A stretch of 64,000 nt of DNA from Acidimicrobiia bacterium (GTDB taxonomy: Bacteria; Actinomycetota; Acidimicrobiia; Spongiisociales; ZC4RG35). Below, one piece after another: positions 60,716-64,000 of this stretch; the stretch's first letter is position 1, and each line of letters begins with the position of its first letter. Where the stretch lies: assembly GCA_965203555.1 (NCBI GenBank), contig CBDBCY010000004.1, forward strand, positions 1,824,001 through 1,888,000, in the 5' to 3' direction. A model generated the notes under the pieces. That model made no database searches. It saw nothing but the letters and a program-made list of their open reading frames with translations, and had not been told where the DNA came from. The translations under genes were made by a program, and so were the position numbers.

Positions 60716-62179
60716 TCAGGCCCCGGAAGCCGCCATCTGATTGAACTCTTCGATCAGCGGATCGATCCTCTCGCCGGCGCCGCGGATTCTCTCCCAGTAG
60801 CCGGCGTCGTACCACTGATCCTCCAACTCGGTGGCGGATTTTCCCTGCTGCTCGACCCACGTGAAGTACTTGAGGCTGTGGATACGCCGCCGCTGCGGGT
60901 AGGTCAGCTCCGCCATGTGATCGGTGGAGGCGCCCAGCAGGTAACGGTGATAAAGCCCCGCCGCGTCCGCCGTGCTCAACTCGCCATGGTCCTCGGCGAG
61001 TTCCACCAGGCGGCTGCGGTACAGATCCATGGAGTCGGTGAGCACGGTGAACACCAGATCCTGTCGGCCCAACTCGTACCACTTGGCCATCTTGACAGCC
61101 GCCAGTAGGTTTGCCGCTCCCGAAATGCCCAGTAGGTCGAGCCTTTCGATGACACTGGCCGAAACCCCCTGGGAGGCCAGGTACTCCTGTCCGGCCGGCT
61201 CGTTGAAAAGCCGGATCAGACCCAGTGGTGCAGCGTCATCGATGGCGACCACCATGTCGGTGTTGCGCACATTGTGGATCCAGGGGATGTGTTTGTCGCC
61301 GATCCCCTCTATCCGATGTTCCCCGAACCCGCCCTGGAGCATGGTGGGACACTGCAGGGCTTCACCGGCCGCGATCCTGCTGCCCGGGAACTGCTCCTTT
61401 ACAAAGTCGCCGGAAGCCAGTGTCCCCGATGAGCCGGTGGTCAGGGCAACTCCGGCCAGCCGGTCTCCGTCATCCATGAGTTCTGATGCGAGGTCGGCGA
61501 AGGCGGGACCGGTCACCGAATAGTGCCACAGGTAGTTACCGAACTCGTCGAATTGGTTGAAGATCATTATGTCCCTACCGGACCGGCGCAACTCCCAGCA
61601 CTTGTCAAAGATCTCCTTGACATTGCTCTCCGAGCCGGGCGTGGCGATCACTTCGTCAGCCACCTTGTCCAGCCATTGGAACCGCTCCCGGCTCATTCCC
61701 TCCGGGAGGATGGCGATGGAGCGACAGGACAGTATCCGCGAGTCGTACGCCCCTCCCCGACAGTAGTTGCCCGTGGATGGCCAAGCCGCCAACTGGCGGG
61801 TGGGATCGAACTGACCGGTGACCAGCCGGGGCGCCAGGCAACCGAAAGCAGCCCCCACCTTGTGAGCGCCGGTCGGGAACCATTTTCCCACCAGCGCCAC
61901 CACCCGGGCGTCGCAGCCCGTCAACTCCGGGGGGAACTCCATGTAGTTCAGCCCTCCGAAGCCGCCGCCCTGCTCCACGGGCTCGTTCCGCCAGGTGACC
62001 CTGAACAGATTGGCCGGGTGCATATCCCACAACCCGACTCCGGCGAGTTGCTCCTTTATCGGATCGGGCGCCAGCTGGGGGGAGCGCATCTGGGCGAAGG
62101 TGGGAACAACCAATCCCAACTCGCCTGCTCTGCGCGCCACCCGCTCGCGTACCTCGGGGACGACGGTCAGATCAATCAT
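60716..62179 (-). CDS. PLP-dependent enzyme, fold type II (cysteine synthase/TrpB-like)
   Basis: FPTGAHKVG, PSTGNY, TGSSGT, HRIEGIG. Confidence 0.85.
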   Translation of the reverse strand: MIDLTVVPEVRERVARRAGELGLVVPTFAQMRSPQLAPDPIKEQLAGVGLWDMHPANLFRVTWRNEPVEQGGGFGGLNYMEFPPELTGCDARVVALVGKWFPTGAHKVGAAFGCLAPRLVTGQFDPTRQLAAWPSTGNYCRGGAYDSRILSCRSIAILPEGMSRERFQWLDKVADEVIATPGSESNVKEIFDKCWELRRSGRDIMIFNQFDEFGNYLWHYSVTGPAFADLASELMDDGDRLAGVALTTGSSGTLASGDFVKEQFPGSRIAAGEALQCPTMLQGGFGEHRIEGIGDKHIPWIHNVRNTDMVVAIDDAAPLGLIRLFNEPAGQEYLASQGVSASVIERLDLLGISGAANLLAAVKMAKWYELGRQDLVFTVLTDSMDLYRSRLVELAEDHGELSTADAAGLYHRYLLGASTDHMAELTYPQRRRIHSLKYFTWVEQQGKSATELEDQWYDAGYWERIRGAGERIDPLIEEFNQMAASGA

Positions 62180-62389
62180 GAGGGCTCTTTACCTTTTGTT
62201 AAAACGCTTGTGGAAAGCATAGCTCGCGGGAAATATAGGAGGACCAGGGGATTGGATTTCCTCTCGTCGGCGGACCGCGAGAACGAGAATCTCCGTAACT
62301 GCCCGTCCGTCAGACCGCCGGCTACCGGCTGGCCCCGTGCCGTGGGATGAAACCAGTTTCACGGTGGACCGGTTTCCCACCCGCAGGCT

Positions 62390-62758
62390 ATGCTGAGAGT
62401 CCGTATGGTGTTGGAACGACGCACACGATCCTCTGTGTCCCCCGAGTTGGAACAGAAGCTGCTCGGCGAGATCGAGGAGAGGGACAACCGTATCTATCAC
62501 CCTGACTGGGACTTCTATGAGGAGATGGTGGCGAAAGCCCCGCCGAGCGGGCGGGTGGGTGTGCCCCACCGGGTGACGGGCGAGATGGTCGGGATCAATC
62601 TGCTGACGGACACCCTGGACGACATCGTGGCCAGATGCGGTTTCCCCGAACACGAGCGGGACGAGACGTTGCGTTTCTACCGCTCGTATTTGCTGGATCG
62701 CCTCCGCTACCGGGACAAAACCGAGGTTCCTGCTCGTATTGCCCTTCTGGAGGAATAA
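62390..62758 (+). CDS. Hypothetical protein (possible antitoxin partner)
   Basis: Protein-like ORF in the gap between two minus-strand genes. Confidence 0.55.
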   Translation: MLRVRMVLERRTRSSVSPELEQKLLGEIEERDNRIYHPDWDFYEEMVAKAPPSGRVGVPHRVTGEMVGINLLTDTLDDIVARCGFPEHERDETLRFYRSYLLDRLRYRDKTEVPARIALLEE

Positions 62759-62805
62759 CCTTCTGCGACGGTTGTTCCCTTCTTGGCCGAGTTCCTGTTG
62801 AGACT

Positions 62806-63181
62806 GTGCCCTGCTACTACGATCCACAGCCGTTATTGAACTGTGAGACACCGGACGGTCCAGTGTTTTGGCCACACCCTGACGATGCTCGGGTGGACTT
62901 CACGGATACGGCATTTAAGCACAACGTCCCGGCGGAGCTGATTCTCGATGTAATGGCCGCGGACCCCGTTCCAATGGCTCTTGAACCGAACGCTCCGCAC
63001 GATGACGACTTTGTCTTCGGAACGCCCTCCACCTTGGCGAACGTAAAAGTCGAATCGTCATCGGAGACTTGAGATAGCGTTGAGACAAGACTTGAGCGAC
63101 AAGTGGAAAGAGATATCCGACACGCTCAACCTGCAGGTGCCTCGTTGTGTGGTGTTCCACGCCATGTACAAGTCGATATAG
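62806..63181 (+). pseudogene. Frameshifted putative toxin (AxKH...LEI...VFHAM type)
   Basis: TAFKHNV in one frame and RRLEIAL...VVFHAM in the next; joined by deleting one A in AAAA 63045-63048. Confidence 0.5.
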
Positions 63182-63305
63182 GCCTGTCCACCACCAAGCC
63201 CGGCGGAGGTTGATCCGTAGCGTCTTCGTCTCTGCTCATCATTCGTTCAAGGACCGCGAGCGGCGGTCCGTCCACCCCATTGACTTGGCCGTCCTCCGGC
63301 CCTTA

Positions 63306-64000
63306 TCAAACCGAAAAGCGGCTGGCCAGGCGTTCGGCCAGTGTCTCTATCTCCGGATCGACCCTGAGCGGGGCCTCGCCGCTCTCGGTCACCGCCCGCA
63401 TGGCGGCGTACGACCGCCCGATGGCGGCGTCGACGTCCTTCAGGCCGTTTCCGGTGCTGATCACCACCACCCGCTCCCCCTCCTCCACAAGACCCTGTCG
63501 GCGGGCCACTCTCAGGCCCGCCGTAGCGGCCGCTGCCGCCGGTTCGGCGAACACGCCCATGCGCTGGCCCATGGTGACCATTGCGGAGAGAATTTGCGCA
63601 TCGGTGACCTCCACGAAAGCACCCCCGGTCTCGGTCACCGCCGCCATCGCCTTGAAGCGGTCCCGCGGAAGATCGGCAGAGATGCTGTCGGCCACCGTCT
63701 CCGCCGGAATGGGCGGCTTGGTCATCAGATCCTCTCCGTTCTTCCAAGCCTGGACCATGTATGAGCTACCCGCCGCCTGGGCGCCGATCAGCCTGGGAAC
63801 CCGGTCTGTCCATCCCAGTCGTTGAAGGTCCGCGAAGCCCTTGTGGACCCCGCCGATGATGCAGCCGTCACCCACGCTCACCACCACCACATCGGGAACC
63901 TCAAACCCCAATTGCTCCCATATCTCGTAGGAGACGGTCTTCTTTCCCTCCGTCATGTAGGGGTTGAACCCCGTGTTGCGGTTGTACCAGCCGTACTGGT
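63306..64000 (-). CDS. thrC: Threonine synthase-like PLP enzyme (5' end outside window)
   Basis: NPYMTEGKKT..YEI, VSVGDG, ADSIS, FAEPA, TGNGLKD. Confidence 0.85.
   Translation of the reverse strand, partial: QYGWYNRNTGFNPYMTEGKKTVSYEIWEQLGFEVPDVVVVSVGDGCIIGGVHKGFADLQRLGWTDRVPRLIGAQAAGSSYMVQAWKNGEDLMTKPPIPAETVADSISADLPRDRFKAMAAVTETGGAFVEVTDAQILSAMVTMGQRMGVFAEPAAAAATAGLRVARRQGLVEEGERVVVISTGNGLKDVDAAIGRSYAAMRAVTESGEAPLRVDPEIETLAERLASRFSV

Overview
High-GC actinobacterial chromosome segment. The dnaK-grpE-dnaJ-hspR operon and Cys-containing SLH domains suggest Acidimicrobiia, possibly host/sponge-associated; the taxonomy is inference. Housekeeping content includes tRNA-Gly(CCC), dcd, msrB, the dnaK operon, glpX, thiolase, mce, murJ, a cyclophilin and lysC-asd. 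There are three SLH-anchored surface proteins plus one SLH remnant, and a purine-catabolism-like cluster (xanthine dehydrogenase family, two deaminases, two PLP enzymes, ABC importer). Main signals: (1) a gene the ORF track splits in two, a UGSC-family selenoprotein (9069-9581) with an in-frame TGA and a SECIS-like hairpin 11 nt downstream, next to a CxxC thioredoxin-fold partner; (2) a ~7 kb array of paralogous alpha/beta-hydrolase genes (4 intact, 1 chimeric truncated, 1 orphan 3' stub) with toxin-antitoxin modules and a Shango-like defence operon following copies of a conserved 41-nt gene tail; (3) several paralogue pairs with nucleotide-identical blocks beside divergent segments; (4) a candidate structured small RNA at ~4940-5120; (5) decayed TA and ATPase remnants. 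No CRISPR array, integrase, transposase or rRNA was seen. All annotations come from motif reading by eye; no database searches were run.
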